Of a stretch of 64,000 bases of DNA, positions 12,801 to 26,833 are shown piece by piece. The position numbers and the translations under genes were made by a program. The notes beneath the pieces were generated by a model that worked only from the letters and a program-made list of their open reading frames with translations, did not search any database and had not been told where the DNA came from. Numbering within the stretch: the stretch's first letter is position 1; the number at the start of each line of letters is the position of its first letter. Source of the DNA: Tubiluchus corallicola (taxonomy: Eukaryota; Animalia; Priapulida); NCBI GenBank assembly GCA_030141605.1, contig JAQGDQ010000557.1, positions 1 to 64,000 of the forward strand. Direction: 5' to 3'.

Positions 12801-14562
12801 ATTTTACGCAGAAACAAATGCTGTAGTTACTCATTCTTGTTTTGTTAAGTGTTGTAAATAGTCTGAATGTTTTGGTTCTACTAATAAACCAAAAACAGAT
12901 TAATTATAATGGCGCATCTAACAACGAAATACCATGAAATTCACGACAGCCCGAATATTGTATTGTTTAGATTGGCTAATAGTTTGGGTTTTTGGGTTTT
13001 TCTTGTACTGACTTTCATATGACCTTTGGAAAGATCTTTAATCCGAGGCTAACGTACATCAATTCATCTTCTCGAATGCCTTTATTTGATGAACAACAAA
13101 CGGCATTGGACTAACGTGCCAGAAAGTATAATATGGGTTTAATTGGACGGCATTAATTTTTTTTGGCTAGTAAAAAATTTCGTCTGCAGGCCTGAGCATT
13201 GTTCTTGCGGCATGCAGAACTGATCTATCTGCCGTATCACGTATTGCGGTCCATGCCCAACAAAAAGCTCTGCAAACTGTCAAAGAAATTTTAGTGTTAT
13301 GGGTGAGAAGATGTCTAGTATTTAACACAGCATGGTCGTGCATAAAAACACAGTACGTTCTAAACTTGACTTGCCTACGCAGACGTACTTGAATAACTAT
13401 GATTTTCGAGATACATCCAGGTCAGGTCATGTAACTGGATAGGCGGGCAGCAGAAAAATGATTTCCAGACTGTCTAATTTATCAAACTATCCTCGGCTGA
13501 TTTATTATTAAAGGACATATATATATAATGGTAAGCATCGGAAAGTGGCTTAGAGGATTGACTTTGTTAACCTTCGAAACCAAATCATTCCAGAACAACA
13601 AACGCTGTAGGGCCTGATGTTGAATACTGGAATGCCGGTTTGCGAACACATGCACTTGGAAACCAGATGCTCCTGGATGAGCGCATGAATCTAAGTAACG
13701 TTATGTAATGACAAGGCAACCAACATTTAATGTTGTCTCAAATGGTTAGTCATATACATTCTGGTGGCAGTTCCATACTACGACTTACACAACACATGAT
13801 TTATGGTAACAATGATATCGATATTTACTCACATAACTATTGACAATTTTAACTTTCGTTTTAATTTCAGTGATGATGCCTTTGTGGCTGTTCACGCTTG
13901 GAAAGACGTTCACAAACGAAGCAGCAATTACCATTCCTTACCAGAAGCTGGTGGTCACGCTCGCAACATTTGTCCTGCCACTTGGACTAGGTATCTTGGT
14001 TAAACGCTACAAACCAACGTGGGCCAAGATGTTCGTGAAGGCCCTGAAGGTTCTCGTCTTCATTATGGTGCTATTTATATTCACTGCTGGCATATACTGC
14101 AACCTGTATGTCTTCAAAATGCTCACTGGGAGACTTTTGTTTGTGGCCCTTCTAATCCCCATACTTGGCATGCTGTTTGGTGGTGTCACAGCAAAACTGT
14201 TTCGTTTCACAGCACCGCAAGTCATTGCTATAGCTCTGGAGACAGGGATTCAGAACACAGGGGTCGCTGTCGTCGTTCTGAGAAGGTCCTTACCCCAACC
14301 GGATGCAGACATTTCTAGCGTCGTTCCCATCGCTGCATCCATCCTGGCTCCCATTCCTTTGTTTCTCCTATTAGCTGTGTACATTGTAGCTAAGAAATTT
14401 GACATTGTTAATTTCAAAGTACAGGTAGAAAAGGAGCTTGCAGAAAATGAGAAAGCGAAAAATGGCATACCGGGCTCTGAGAACAATATGGTGGTAGCGG
14501 AGAAGTACCTTCCGGCTAATGAAAAGGTCAAGCCCTCGGAAGTAGAAACTATTATGATTTGA
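9819..14562 (+). CDS. SLC10 family sodium/bile acid cotransporter (P3/SLC10A3-A5-like, long luminal N-terminus), ~639 aa
   Basis: Exons 9819-10868, 12466-12643, 13871-14562 with consistent phases (0,1) and GT-AG. SBF motifs: GFGC, GFCCQFIFMP, GCSPGGGSSN, LSITMT, ALETGIQN. N-terminal signal peptide. Confidence 0.93.
11819..12410. mobile_element. Palindromic non-autonomous DNA transposon (Kolobok-like, TTAA TSD) in SLC10 intron 1
   Basis: TTAA|GGTACTTTTTGCAGTGTCAAAA ... TTTTGACACTGCAAAAAGTACC|TTAA. Arms are complementary over ~280 bp to a centre near 12115. TTAA TSD with RR..YY termini is the Kolobok pattern. Confidence 0.8.
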
Positions 14563-16288
14563 TGACAGAAACTTGTATTAAGTTCAAGACGGTTAGTTAT
14601 TGAAAGTGAATATTCGTGACTAGAACTTCAACATATTGAAACTACGCGAGATCATACAATCAAACAAACGTCTGAAAATTGATCGAAATCATTCAGCTGA
14701 TTTGAGCCGACGGCTATGTATCATGTTTAAGGACAAATTCTGCACGTTTTTGTTAAACTGCCAATGCCTACTAATGGGTCAGTTACGGCATTCAATGTTG
14801 GGTGGAAAACAGTTAAGTTTATTGGCTGAAAATAATAGCGGGATATTGGAGTAAAGTATTTAACTTGAATGATAAACAATCAGAAATTATAAGAAAAAAA
14901 ACTGCCGTTGAAGGAGTTCTGTGGAGAAACTTTATGCTAAAATGCATAACAGCTAAACAAGGGATTTTCCACTTAATAATGAAATACAGTTTAGATGAAT
15001 AATATTTTTCACTTGTAACTACTCGTAATACTTCACTCGCATTATATTTTCGTTTAATTGTTTGTTTGTTATTAAATTCGAGTAATTTGTTTGAATAGAC
15101 AATAAGATACAGGTTCAATTTGTTTGTATATAATAAACATGTAAAGCAATGAAAACATGTCATAATTTACACGTAAAATTAAGTTACAGGCCTAAAACTA
15201 ATAATATGTTTATAACGTATTGATTTGTAACTAGAGAGTTACCCAGTATATAAATGTTGAAAGCTCTTGGTTTGTATAACAAACAGGCCTAAAACTAATA
15301 ATATTGTGTTTAGGAAGGCGCTTGCCTATAGCTAAACGTCGCAAACGCCTTGCTCAATGCATTCTGAGCAAATACTTTGTAAGCTGACAGTACATAGGCC
15401 TATTTAAATACTAATGTATTCACGAAGGCCTAATATTTTTAATAGTTAAGTTGAAATGTATAGCGAGTAAATGACATTATAGAAGCTGCAAAGATGGACG
15501 TTTTCAAGTTTTCCCATTTACTTTGTTATTATTATCATTGTCTGCCTAGGATAGGTCTAATCCGTGGAAATGTTTACTACTTGAAGGTGAGAGAATTTGA
15601 ACTTTGTTTCACACGCAGAGCAAACGTGCAAACGAAAATCGTGTGTTTAATTGATAATTTCGGCAAAGGTTGCTGTTTGCGTCACTTGGTTTTCATAAGT
15701 AACTTCTTTTATTTTTTTTACTAAACGCTACATGTTGACCTGTTTAGATAAATGGCTAAGTTGTGAAAGTAAAAGTTTTCTCTATGAGTGATCTGAATCA
15801 CTGATACAAATACATGTATGCGTATGTACCATATTATACGCATAACATTTTTACGACATTATGCGAATAAACATGTTGTTTTTGGAAACAGTTGTAATTC
15901 AACAACTGCCGTGGACTATTGGTCAAACTGTGAACAAAAGGTTTTATGTAAAACAAACGAAAATTTGCTTTAAAACTTCTTTATTATACATAGAAATATC
16001 TGTTGTTTATAACCATAGTTGATGTTATATTTGCGGTTGTAGAAAAGCTCAGAAATATATCCACAAATTAACAACTTATTTACATATCAATTCTGTCGAT
16101 AATCATTATTCAAAACAGTCACTCAGGCATGTGAAATGGAATCACGTCTTTTGATTTGGTCTTTATCGAGAAAGGCTTGAAATTTTTGAATTTCAAATTT
16201 TAAACAGGTGTTAAAACCTGTTACCTATTATTGCACAATGTACGCATACATGGTAAACCCAATCACAATCCATTGATTTCGTCATGAC

Positions 16289-16810
<522 letters not shown>

Positions 16811-17183
16811 CCTCCCCTTTCCTTTTTCTTTCTCTCTTCCCCTTTTCCTTGTTTTACTACCTCCTTTGGAATTAAATGCGTGTAAATAAAGACTAAAAAC
16901 TTAAGTTAACGGATTTAGTTCCCGCATAGCAGTAAAATAAAAAATGCATACACCATAAGAAATAGAACATATGCCTAGAACCGTACATTTTAACTTATAA
17001 ATTATAAGTTTGCATATGAAGCAAGGGCCATAAAGATGTTTTTTTGCATCTATGTAAATTTATCATGCATGTAAGTTTGTTACAGTAATTTACATCTTAG
17101 ATAAAAACTGAGCATTATTTGCAGTAGGTATATAAATTTTGTAGTTGTCACGAAACTGAAGAAATATAATAAACTGCTTCTTT

Positions 17184-20100
17184 TTATACTCCCCTCTCTC
17201 TCCTTCCAAACAATTCGTGAACTCTTTTACCACGATGCCCAAAACCTGCTGCGTTTTGAAGTCTTTGTGGCTGTCCGCTATCCATGCCACCAAACGGTTC
17301 AGGAAAGGGCGCATCTACTAAATGTGGGGGCAGCATAGGACCGGCTCCAGGTCGTATCATTTCAACTTTGCCATAGGAGTAAGGCTGGAATTAAAATAAA
17401 GTTAGAATTGTAAAGCAAAATGTCAGCATGTGTTATAATGTCAGCATGTGTTATAATGAGTTTCAAAAATCTGTCCGTCTGCTTGTCTGTTTGTCACTGT
17501 CAGTCTTCGTTATGGGCATCGACATAGCTGCAGCAGCTTCACAAAGCATTGTCAGGTTAATGAAAGTTTTTCCCGGGGTAGAAAAACCTGGTCAGTTAGT
17601 CGAGCGATCAGGCAGTTAGTCAGTCAGTCAATAATAATCGTAACACTCCACAAAAAGCTTGTTATCGATGCCTTAGAAAGACAGGTTCCATTTTGTAATG
17701 AAAACTACGTATCCAGTTTAAAAGGACACTAGTTATCATGCTCAATCTTTCTCTTTAAAAGATGTCTCCTGCGTATGCATAAAATAATTATACTTTCGCT
17801 GGCACCGTTTACATGTTATTAAAATTAGTATTAAACTAACAAAAGCTGAATATTTCACCACCTACAGCAGTAGCTATATGAAAAGTAGCACACAGATACC
17901 GAGTCATTACAGAATATATAAAAAAAGGTATCTAGCATTAATCTTCTAATATAGGTCTAGATACACTATAATATCGCAATTATTGTGCCAAGTTTGTTTT
18001 ATTAACCGCTTTTGCTAAGTCAAGCAAACATTGACGTTTTTATAAATATATATGATAAAAAATGTTAACAGGGCAAATATGTGAAGATAGGACGATACCA
18101 TGTCTTTTTGACCGCTATGTTGCCATAAGTATGTAAAATTTTCGTCCCTGAGCGAGTCTAGCTGAACAAAGTCTCTCCCGTCCTCTTCACCATGGTAGCC
18201 ATAGACGCTTGAATGGTAGAAATACCACTCATAGACCAACATTTCATTGTTTCTTACGTAATGAAAGCTGATTGGGTAATACGAGCAGCATTTGTGACCC
18301 TAAACAAAAAGAAAAACCAAAGTCAGACAGCGCATAATGTATAGTTTAACTCATTCTCAAGTTTGCCTCAAGATAATTTTCGCGTCAAGTCGACTAAATT
18401 CGAAATACTTAGTTTGACTTAACTTAGAACTGAATCTGCGTTTTTAAATTTTCGGTCGAGAACACGATTCAACTCGCTGCTCGTCTGGATGTTGTTCGTG
18501 TTCTTGTTGGATGATGGCTTTTTGACAAGAAACGTGAGGCTCAGTGAATTCGCAACGAATTGTCATGAACTTCATACGAATATTCACATTTTCAGTCCGC
18601 CATTTTAAATTCAAGATGGGGGCGATCGCAGATTTCAAAAAAGCCTGAGGATGTAAAAATTCATAATTCGTCGCTATGAATTGTGAATTGAATGTCGAGA
18701 ACTACGCTTCTCGAGTAAAAATGTTTATTTATGGTTGCATGAATCTGCCTTTGCAAACCTGTTTCATGGTATACATTTAACTCTATGTAAACTAGTTTTG
18801 GATTCATTCCCAATTAGCCGTGTAATCACTTGCATATAGGCTGCCTTCTCAGAAGGCATAGTTGTAATCTTATCAAAATTTTTCTAGCTAGGTAGCTTGG
18901 AGTGACATAACATTGCGTTACGACACTCCACCTCCTCCTTATCGAGGATAATCCGTATACAGTTATCGGTATGTAGTCATTATTAAGATTTTGCCATAGC
19001 AAAATCTTACTGTTTTTCGTACAGTTATTTATCATTTATTATCCGCCACTTTAACGCTTAATAACTCGTAAGCCTTGCAAGCTAGGATCACCAAACTCAC
19101 AGGGTCGGTAGCCCTCGGCGGGGGACGTAGAACAGTATAGCAACCGCTGGCCACTGGTCAATGGAGGAAGGGCAATGGTCAATTGTTGTCGCGGGAGTTT
19201 AAATTTACAAGTTTCATACAGAGTTACTGCCGACGCAAGCCCTGCATGCAAATATGTAAGTGTGTAAGTGTAAGTGTGTAAGTGTGTAAGTGTGTAAGTG
19301 TGTAAGTATGCAAGTGTTATAAAATTTCAAAACGAATTTTTAAGCTTTATGTAAGTGGAGGGTTTTCTTGTGCTTTAAGTTCGTCAGACTAAACTCTAAC
19401 AGAGGAAAAAATGTCGAAGTTATACCTTGTAGCTTTTTGCATAAAATTGTAGCTTTTTGTACTATGCGAAACACTACAAGCCAGAATCCAGCCATAGGGG
19501 CTACTCAAATTGCTAGACTACGACTGATCTCGGCTAGACTATGATTTATTATAAAATGTCTCCTCTAATATGAGCCATTGAACCAGCAGAGGCGTATCAG
19601 CTAAGCTCGGACGTTAATACGTCCCCGGGTCCTCCCTCTACTATGTAAACAGCCAGAATCAGTAGGGCAAATAAAACCGCCTATAGCTAGTATCGAACAG
19701 TTTCGCTCACGTTTTACTTACAGATAGAGCTCTGTCGGTATCAAAGTTGTGGTACCAATTAGGAAATTTATTCAAGATGTGAGATTTTACTGGAAAGACT
19801 AAAAATCGTTCCCTTCCTTGTTCATCTCTTGTATCAACGGCTTTTGCTCCAGCCCAGGTAAGACACCTGCATAAACAAATCACTTGAAAAATAAAAAATT
19901 CAGATATGCACACACACACCCTCATTAACAATGAAATCAGCAAACGTATAGAACAAACTGGTGTAATTAAAAAAAGGACGCTGCTACTCTCGAATACACG
20001 CTAAAGCTATTGAAATTGCAAGAAGCTAAAATCAGCCAAGTCAAATGCTTATAAAACGATGATAACGTTGACGATGTCAGGAGCAGAAACAGTAAAGCAA

Positions 20101-21120
20101 TGTAAATGCTGCAATCACAAGCACACTACGATGCAATGCAAGGCAATACAACACAACCCAACGCAACACAACTCAACACAATACAACACAACACAACACA
20201 ATGCAATGCAATGCAATGCAATGCAATGCAAAGCAATGCAATGCAATGCAATGCAAAGCAATACAATACAATACAATACAATACAATACAATACAATACA
20301 ATACAATACAATACAATACAATACAATACAATACAATACAATACAATACAATACAATACAATACAATACAATACAATACAATACAATACAATACAATACA
20401 ATACAATACAATACAATACAATACAATACAATACAATACAATACAATACAATACAATACAATACAATACAATACAATACAATACAATACAATACAATACA
20501 ATACAATACGACACGATACAATACAATACTTTATTGTACTGTACTGTACTGTACTGTACTGTACTGTACTGTACTGTACTGTACTGTACTGTACTGTACT
20601 GTACTGTACTGTTCTGTACTGTACTGTACTGTACTGTACTGTACTGTACTGTACTGTACTGTACTGTACTGTACTGTACTGTACTGTACTGTACTGTACT
20701 GTACTGTACTGTACTGTACTGTACTGTACTGTACTGTACTGTACTGTACTGTACTGTACTGTACTGTACTGTACTGTACTGTACTGTACTGTACTGTACT
20801 GTACTGTACTGTACTGTACTGTACTGTACTGTACTGTAGACTAGGCTACGCTAGGCTTGGTTAGGCTAGCCTAGGCGACGCTAAGCTACGCTAGGCTAGG
20901 CTAGGCTAGACTAGACCAGACCTATACAAAAAACACGATTCAAAACACAATAATAAACTTTTCTTTACAAAGAATGAAGCAGAACAGTTGATTTAATTTT
21001 GCCTATCTTATGAATCATTCAAGCTCTCCCAGTAACAGCTCAACAAAAATACTGTATTGTAATTTCCATCATCATCATCATCAATCCGACATCATCATCG
21101 TCGTCGTCGCCGCCGTTGTT

Positions 21121-21151
<31 letters not shown>

Positions 21152-24100
21152 CCACCGTCGAAATGGTAACACCAAAAAAGAAGAAAAGCAAAAGAGAAAG
21201 CGAAAAAAACTAAATTTAACGATACACTATAATGTTAGAAACAGTAGTGAAAAATTATCATAAAATTTGTCATCGCTAAATTGGCCAGAGCATAAGATTG
21301 AACCTAACACCCTGTGAGCCCAAGACCACCCAACAAACGTGACCTAGTCATGCTAGTTATGAAACCGATACGTCCATCTCCCTTCTCTGACTAATTGTTG
21401 CTAGCTAGAATTCACAAGCTCTGGTTTCAATTATTGGGCGTAGTCTAATGACTATGGATGCTAATGAAACAAAGTCCTTTGACAAGAAACCTCCAGAAGC
21501 TATTGTTTAACCTACCTGGAAGTTTTCCAGTCTTCTCCTGGACCATCAGGTATGCAATCTGGTCTTTCCTGGAATGCCCTGGTGACTAGTATTTCCACTG
21601 CTCGACGAGTCAGCACACAACCTGGTCCGCCGCTCATGTACGTCAAATTTTTGCTTCTCAGGTGAAAACGGTGGCCGTAGAATTCAGGTGCGTTCGGATG
21701 CTTATCAGACAAAAACAACCTAGAAATTGTTCAGGCTTTAACACAAGACAAAACTAAGTGTGTACGCATTAAATCTATTAAATCACATTCAAGCTATTAC
21801 ATGCTTTGCTAGGCTGCGTTATGTTATGCCAAGTGATGCCATGCAATACTATGTTATGCTATACTAGCCTACACTACATTTTTCTACATTATGCTACGTT
21901 ATGGTATGCTATCCTACCATACACTACGTTACACTACACTACGCCTCACTACACTACACTACACTACACTACACTACACTACACTACACTACACTACACT
22001 ACACTACACTACACTACACTACACTACACTACACTACACTACACTACACTAAACTACACTACACTACACACTACTGTGTGGCCCTGGCTTAGGTGGGTCA
22101 GCGTTGCGGTTCCTTGCTTATCAAAACTATATTAGCCCTTTTTATCGCATCTTCTATGTTCTAATGACCTCCCCGACATTGATTCCTAGACGCTGACAGC
22201 TTGCACGTTCGCTGTTGCGCCTCGTGGTCTAACTTTAGTCCTGATCATACTGAGATATAGAGTGGCTGCTTATAAAATCAATGTTTTTCTCGGGCTTCTT
22301 ATTTCAGGAACACTTTTTTTAAAAAATTGCTTCCTTAGACACATTCTGCACATTCTGTCTCTGGACCCAACGTTAAACGGTGGACCAACCAGTCTCCCAT
22401 CCACCGCACATTCCAGATTGAAAGTATTCTGCATTTTTGGCTTTGTGCAAGCAACTAATACTAAAACGCTGTCCTTTTTTATTTTTCTGGCAAAAAAGTA
22501 AATGTCTAAGTTTCACATCATAGCTACAGTTATAAAACTAAACTATATTGTTTGCCGCACAAAACAAGTTTAGAAATCTCTGCCCTTCGTGGTCCTGTTT
22601 AATCAAAAATCAAGATTTAAGCAGGCGGGGAGACTTACATAATGGAATTTTACCTAAGATTTTCTATGACAGCGTACGTATCATCGTCTGCTTTGTAGAA
22701 GAAATCAAAATCGTCACCGTAATGATCATAAATGTAGGTCCACGCTTTAACAGCTTTTTGAGCTTGAAACCGTTTATTACCGTCGCCAGTGTTCAAACCT
22801 ACAATAAACATAAAATTAACAGATCATTTGAAATAATTTCTCATTTAATTTTTATAATATTTCATGCTTGTTGGTAAACGCATTTCTGACATGGTTTTAC
22901 GTTTCATCGTGAATTTTTATACTGGTTCGTGTTTCTAAGTCAATTCTAACATTGATTCATAATTCAGAATTTCAATTTCAAAGTTTAAACACGTTTAATA
23001 ATCGAAAAAGCATATGTAGTCCGCATATACAAAGCAGCGAATTTTACTTGCTTATTTAGTTTTTTGCGATCCTTTAAACCGTTGCTTTTATACCGTTACT
23101 TAGTTTAAACATAATTTATTTAGGATTGGATCAGGCAGTTTGTACAACATGATTTAAGATCCTCACCACAACAAACTTTATACACTATTTACAAGAACAT
23201 TTACAGTAAGAATAGACTATATTTAGTTTTTAGTATACTTTAGTGTACTAAAGTTTTACTACAGTGATACATTAGACATTAGTAAAAAATGACGGTTAGT
23301 AAATATTGATGTATGATTATTTAAGAATGATGCATTTTATATCAGATAGAAACTACTGGAAGCGCTTAGTACATAATATAAAGTCATGTATACATTGGAA
23401 TCTTTTACAGTTAGTAACATAGCTAAATTCATCTTTACGGAATAATAACAACTTCAACAGATCATTATTTCCTAAGACAGCTATATTAAGGTTTTCGGGC
23501 AGAAGTATTGCATTTAATTTATCAAACATAACTACCCTAGCTAGTTGATGCAATGGGCAGTGCAACAAAAAGTGTTCAACAGACTCAAATCGAAATCCAC
23601 AGTTACAATTCGGCAATATTGGGTGACCGTTATTATCTTTACAGCCTTTAGAGAAAAGGTCATAGTTTAGCTGAGAAAATCCGATTCTCATGCGCGTATG
23701 ATGTACTGATATTGGAGGTTTACCAAATGAAAAATGTTTCTTATACCGTTACTTGCTACACTCGCAGGCTCATCTCTCTCTCTCTCCTACTGAAAATCGG
23801 TCATATCTCGAACGGAAAAAATGTTTCACAAAACGCAAATTGCCTAGTGCATGACAATCAAGACGATATAAGAAAATCGGCTGAGGTGATAGCAATAAAC
23901 TAGCTGTTAACAGATTATAGACACAGATTTATAGTTGTCATGACCCGATTTGTGAAAATTTGCATTATCGGCCTCACAAGTAAATATGGCAAAGTTTTTT
24001 GTTATATGAACGAGAACAGTACGGCGAAATGAATGGCTCTATAGAGTTATTCGATCAATAATTAACTATGCTGAACAATAAGTTTAACTTTAGCTGCAGG

Positions 24101-26833
24101 ACATTTTCACAAGATAAGCCCACCAACACATTAAAACATAAATCAATGATATGCATGTACATACATATATATGAAGAAAGAGGCTCGGAGACTTATCTGC
24201 GCACGCGCGGCATTTAAGTCTATGCATGCAATAGTCTTTGTGAAGCGAAGTTCCAAATCAATTAAATTACTACATGACAATTATTATTACTACTCACAGG
24301 TAAACTACTTCAAGAAACTTATTGGCTGGTGCAATTTAAAGGAAGACGGATGATTTTTAATATACTACCCCATTTTCAAGTCCGATAAAAAGTATACATT
24401 TTAACACAATTAATACTGCAAAAGCGTTTTTGATAATTAAATAGTAGATTAAAAACTTAACTAACAGCGGGCGAGCCCAACTATTGTTGACATCACAAAC
24501 TAACGTAATTTCCAACAGCAAAAATATTCCACGATCGTGTTTGCGAAAGCGAAAATGGTAGCACAGCACTGTTCACTGTGTTGTACTACAACTAGAAAGT
24601 TTTAAGATAAAAATTCAAATTTACCGTTGTGCTCACGCATAAGCTGGCGAACATGTGTCGTTCGTCACAAACTAACACACTTGAACTGAGAACTACAGTA
24701 CCTATTTTTGTGCAATGCGTTTGCGAAATGCAGGCGTTAGTGCCCGTCTTAGTGGCGTGAATGTGAAATTGTGTTTGTGTGGTAATAATTCTTTCACGTA
24801 AATCATTTTTGAAAAAATAGTATGTTTCCTTTCAATATTTTAAAAAGTAGATTGTTTTGACCTACAGTTCAAGATTGGGTTCGGTTTTGCTTTAAATTTT
24901 CGGGAAGAGCTCGACTATACTATTGAATCCACAACCCATGTTCAGAAAGCGATGATGCTTGCAGTGAACTATACCTGTGCTGTAATATGCCCAGTCAGTT
25001 ACAGTTTAAATGCACTTGCTGTTAAATCTTACCGATCGTGGGAAAACTATCATTAGTAACAGAACTCAGGTAAATGATTTTGTCACATCTTCGACCCCAA
25101 GTGCGTTTTATCAACTGCGTTCTGGTGTCAAGATTTTCAGGTTTTGTCAGAATCCAGCAGAACAGTTTCCATGGCTTTACACCTGGTAAAATAGCAAAAA
25201 AAATTGTGTGCAAAAATTGCGCAAGAAATAATAGCTGAGTAGCCATTCAATTTAGCACTACTAAGTGTGGTTAGTAAGTGGATGAATAACCGCAAAGAAA
25301 ATTAGTTCTATTTCACATCTAAACTGCCTTTAGCTGTTTATCTTAAGCTTAGACGCATCTTTCAGTCACTTGAGATAATTATATTCCGTTCTTACCACAA
25401 CCATCAACAAAATAAGTAGGTCCTGTGGCCATACTGCCACTAAGTGCTCAGCTTGCAGTGTGTCAGGCTGTATAAAAATAGTTATTAGTTGCTTAGAAAC
25501 TAGGAAACAAAATGATTTATTGTAATTACAACTATCATGAGGTAATTATGACCGGGCAAAGAAACCAGGACGCAAGGTAAGAAAAAGAGTCATTTCTACC
25601 TGGTAATTGGAAATTGGCGGAAAATAGTTCGTTTCCTCTTCTAAGTACGAATTCTTCTTCCCTGTGTCCTAAATGCAACTGAAAATACAAAATTTATGAA
25701 CGTGGCTGTACAATCAATGCCAACGAAACACCAAATAAATGCAGGGTGTTCCAAAAGAAACAATGCAATAGAAATCTGACAAAGTGAATCTGGACTTTTG
25801 CATCACGACAACAAAATGACGTAAAAATATAGTTTTTACGTGATTACACTCTAACTATCATGTAACTTTGTATGATCACACTAACATTATCGGACCTTTT
25901 ATGGTTAATTTTGGCATACTAGTTGTTACTGCACTATTTCTTTTGGAAAACCCTGTATATAAAACTATACCTTATAATTACGTGACAGCTCTTGAAAAAG
26001 CAAATATAACATTATAATTAATGTAAAAACTCGTACCATAGACGAACTGCAGAACGATACTATGAGCGGCCATATTTAAACATACGAAACTAAAAGCAAT
26101 GTAAGCTGATGATTACAATCTGTGGAGAAAACCTGGCAATTATCAACTTACATGCATTTAAAACATTTTACATAAGCTAGATATGTAGAACTTACACAAT
26201 CATGAAAGTTAAAAATTAGAAATTTACATTGAAATACCAATTTCTTGAGGTACAGAGAAATAGTACAACTGCATTGTGTTAAGTTTTTTATACAAATTTC
26301 CCGAAACTAATAGCCTCTCAAAGATAAGCCGCTACAGAAAGAAGATGAAGATATAGCCCACTGAAATAGAAGACGTGCACCTGATTTGGTAATGACAGAA
26401 GTATATACACATCGATATTCTTTTGGGTTGATCATGAGAACTTAGAAGTACCAATAGAAGAGGATTGAATGTAGATCAGCCTCGATGAGCAAGGTACTGC
26501 AGGGTTCACCTCAAATCGTTGACGCATAGGGACTATGTAAGTTCCTACTCTAAAGACTCCATCAATGTTCCAAGGCAAGGTGCTATGTTGACATTTTATT
26601 AACAGATTTTCTACAACTATCTGTAGAACTCAACAAAAGTTTAAACTTAATGTCAAAAATAAAGTTTCATAACTATAGTGATGAATAATAAGCTATGAAA
26701 TTTAGTCGATAAGCAATTTTACCTGCTTTTTTGAATCACTTCGTGTCATGAAATACATGACAATAAAAGCAAAAAATATGATGGAATTTTTTAAAAGGCC
26801 ACTTCTATACCGCAGTCTCCGAGGTAACCTCAT
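17184..26833 (-). CDS. C1GALT1: Glycoprotein-N-acetylgalactosamine 3-beta-galactosyltransferase (core 1 synthase, GT31)-like, ~411 aa
   Basis: Exons (minus): 26833-26723 (MRLPRR...IIFFAFIVMYF type II TM), 25678-25600, 25182-25033 (LFCWILT..TWGRRCD), 22798-22654 (FYKADDDTY..ENLR), 21719-21516 (YGHRF..YMSGG), 19866-19722, 18299-18099 (CCS..ISFHYV), 17384-17184. All phases are consistent. Exons 1, 2 and 8 are less certain; exon 7 could instead run to a stop at 18015. May be a paralogue rather than the orthologue. Confidence 0.88.
19256..19317 (+). repeat. (GTAAGTGT)n short tandem repeat
   Basis: Directly visible. Confidence 0.9.
20146..20922 (+). repeat. Compound pentanucleotide microsatellite (ACAAC)-(ATGCA)-(ATACA)n-(GTACT)n-(CTAGG)
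   Basis: Directly visible; source of the spurious YNTIQ/YCTVL ORFs. Confidence 0.99.
21068..21150 (+). repeat. (CAT)n/(CGT)n trinucleotide repeat
   Basis: Directly visible. Confidence 0.9.
21923..22071 (+). repeat. (ACACT)n microsatellite
   Basis: Directly visible. Confidence 0.97.
23100..23760 (-). mobile_element. 5'-truncated non-LTR retrotransposon (CR1/L2-like) 3' end
   Basis: ORF 23691-23353 RMRIGFSQLN..CNCG..ESVEHFLLHCP resembles the CCHC knuckle C-terminal to LINE RT. It is followed by a 3' UTR ending in AAATAAATTATG. Confidence 0.75.
24340..24633. mobile_element. Short non-autonomous DNA transposon (TTAA-AGG start); homologue at ~56375-56611
   Basis: TTAA|AGGAAGACGG ... CCGTTGTGCT degenerate TIR. 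Internal sequence matches 56375-56611 in reverse (GATAAAAAGTATACATTTTAA; GTGTTTGCGAA). Confidence 0.6.
25742..25955. mobile_element. Tc1/mariner-like MITE
   Basis: TIRs CAGGGTGTTCCAAAAGAAA ... TTTCTTTTGGAAAACCCTG|TA. Confidence 0.7.

Noticed and set aside
20059-20864. Overlapping YNTIQ/YCTVL repeat ORFs, and HYTTL ORFs at 21806-22135
   Set aside because: Open in several frames on both strands; artefacts of pentanucleotide repeats inside introns.
26037-26119. Possible extra C1GALT1 exon (ag...ATG|gtacga)
   Set aside because: Stop codons in all three frames; exons 26833-26723 and 25678-25600 join in phase without it.
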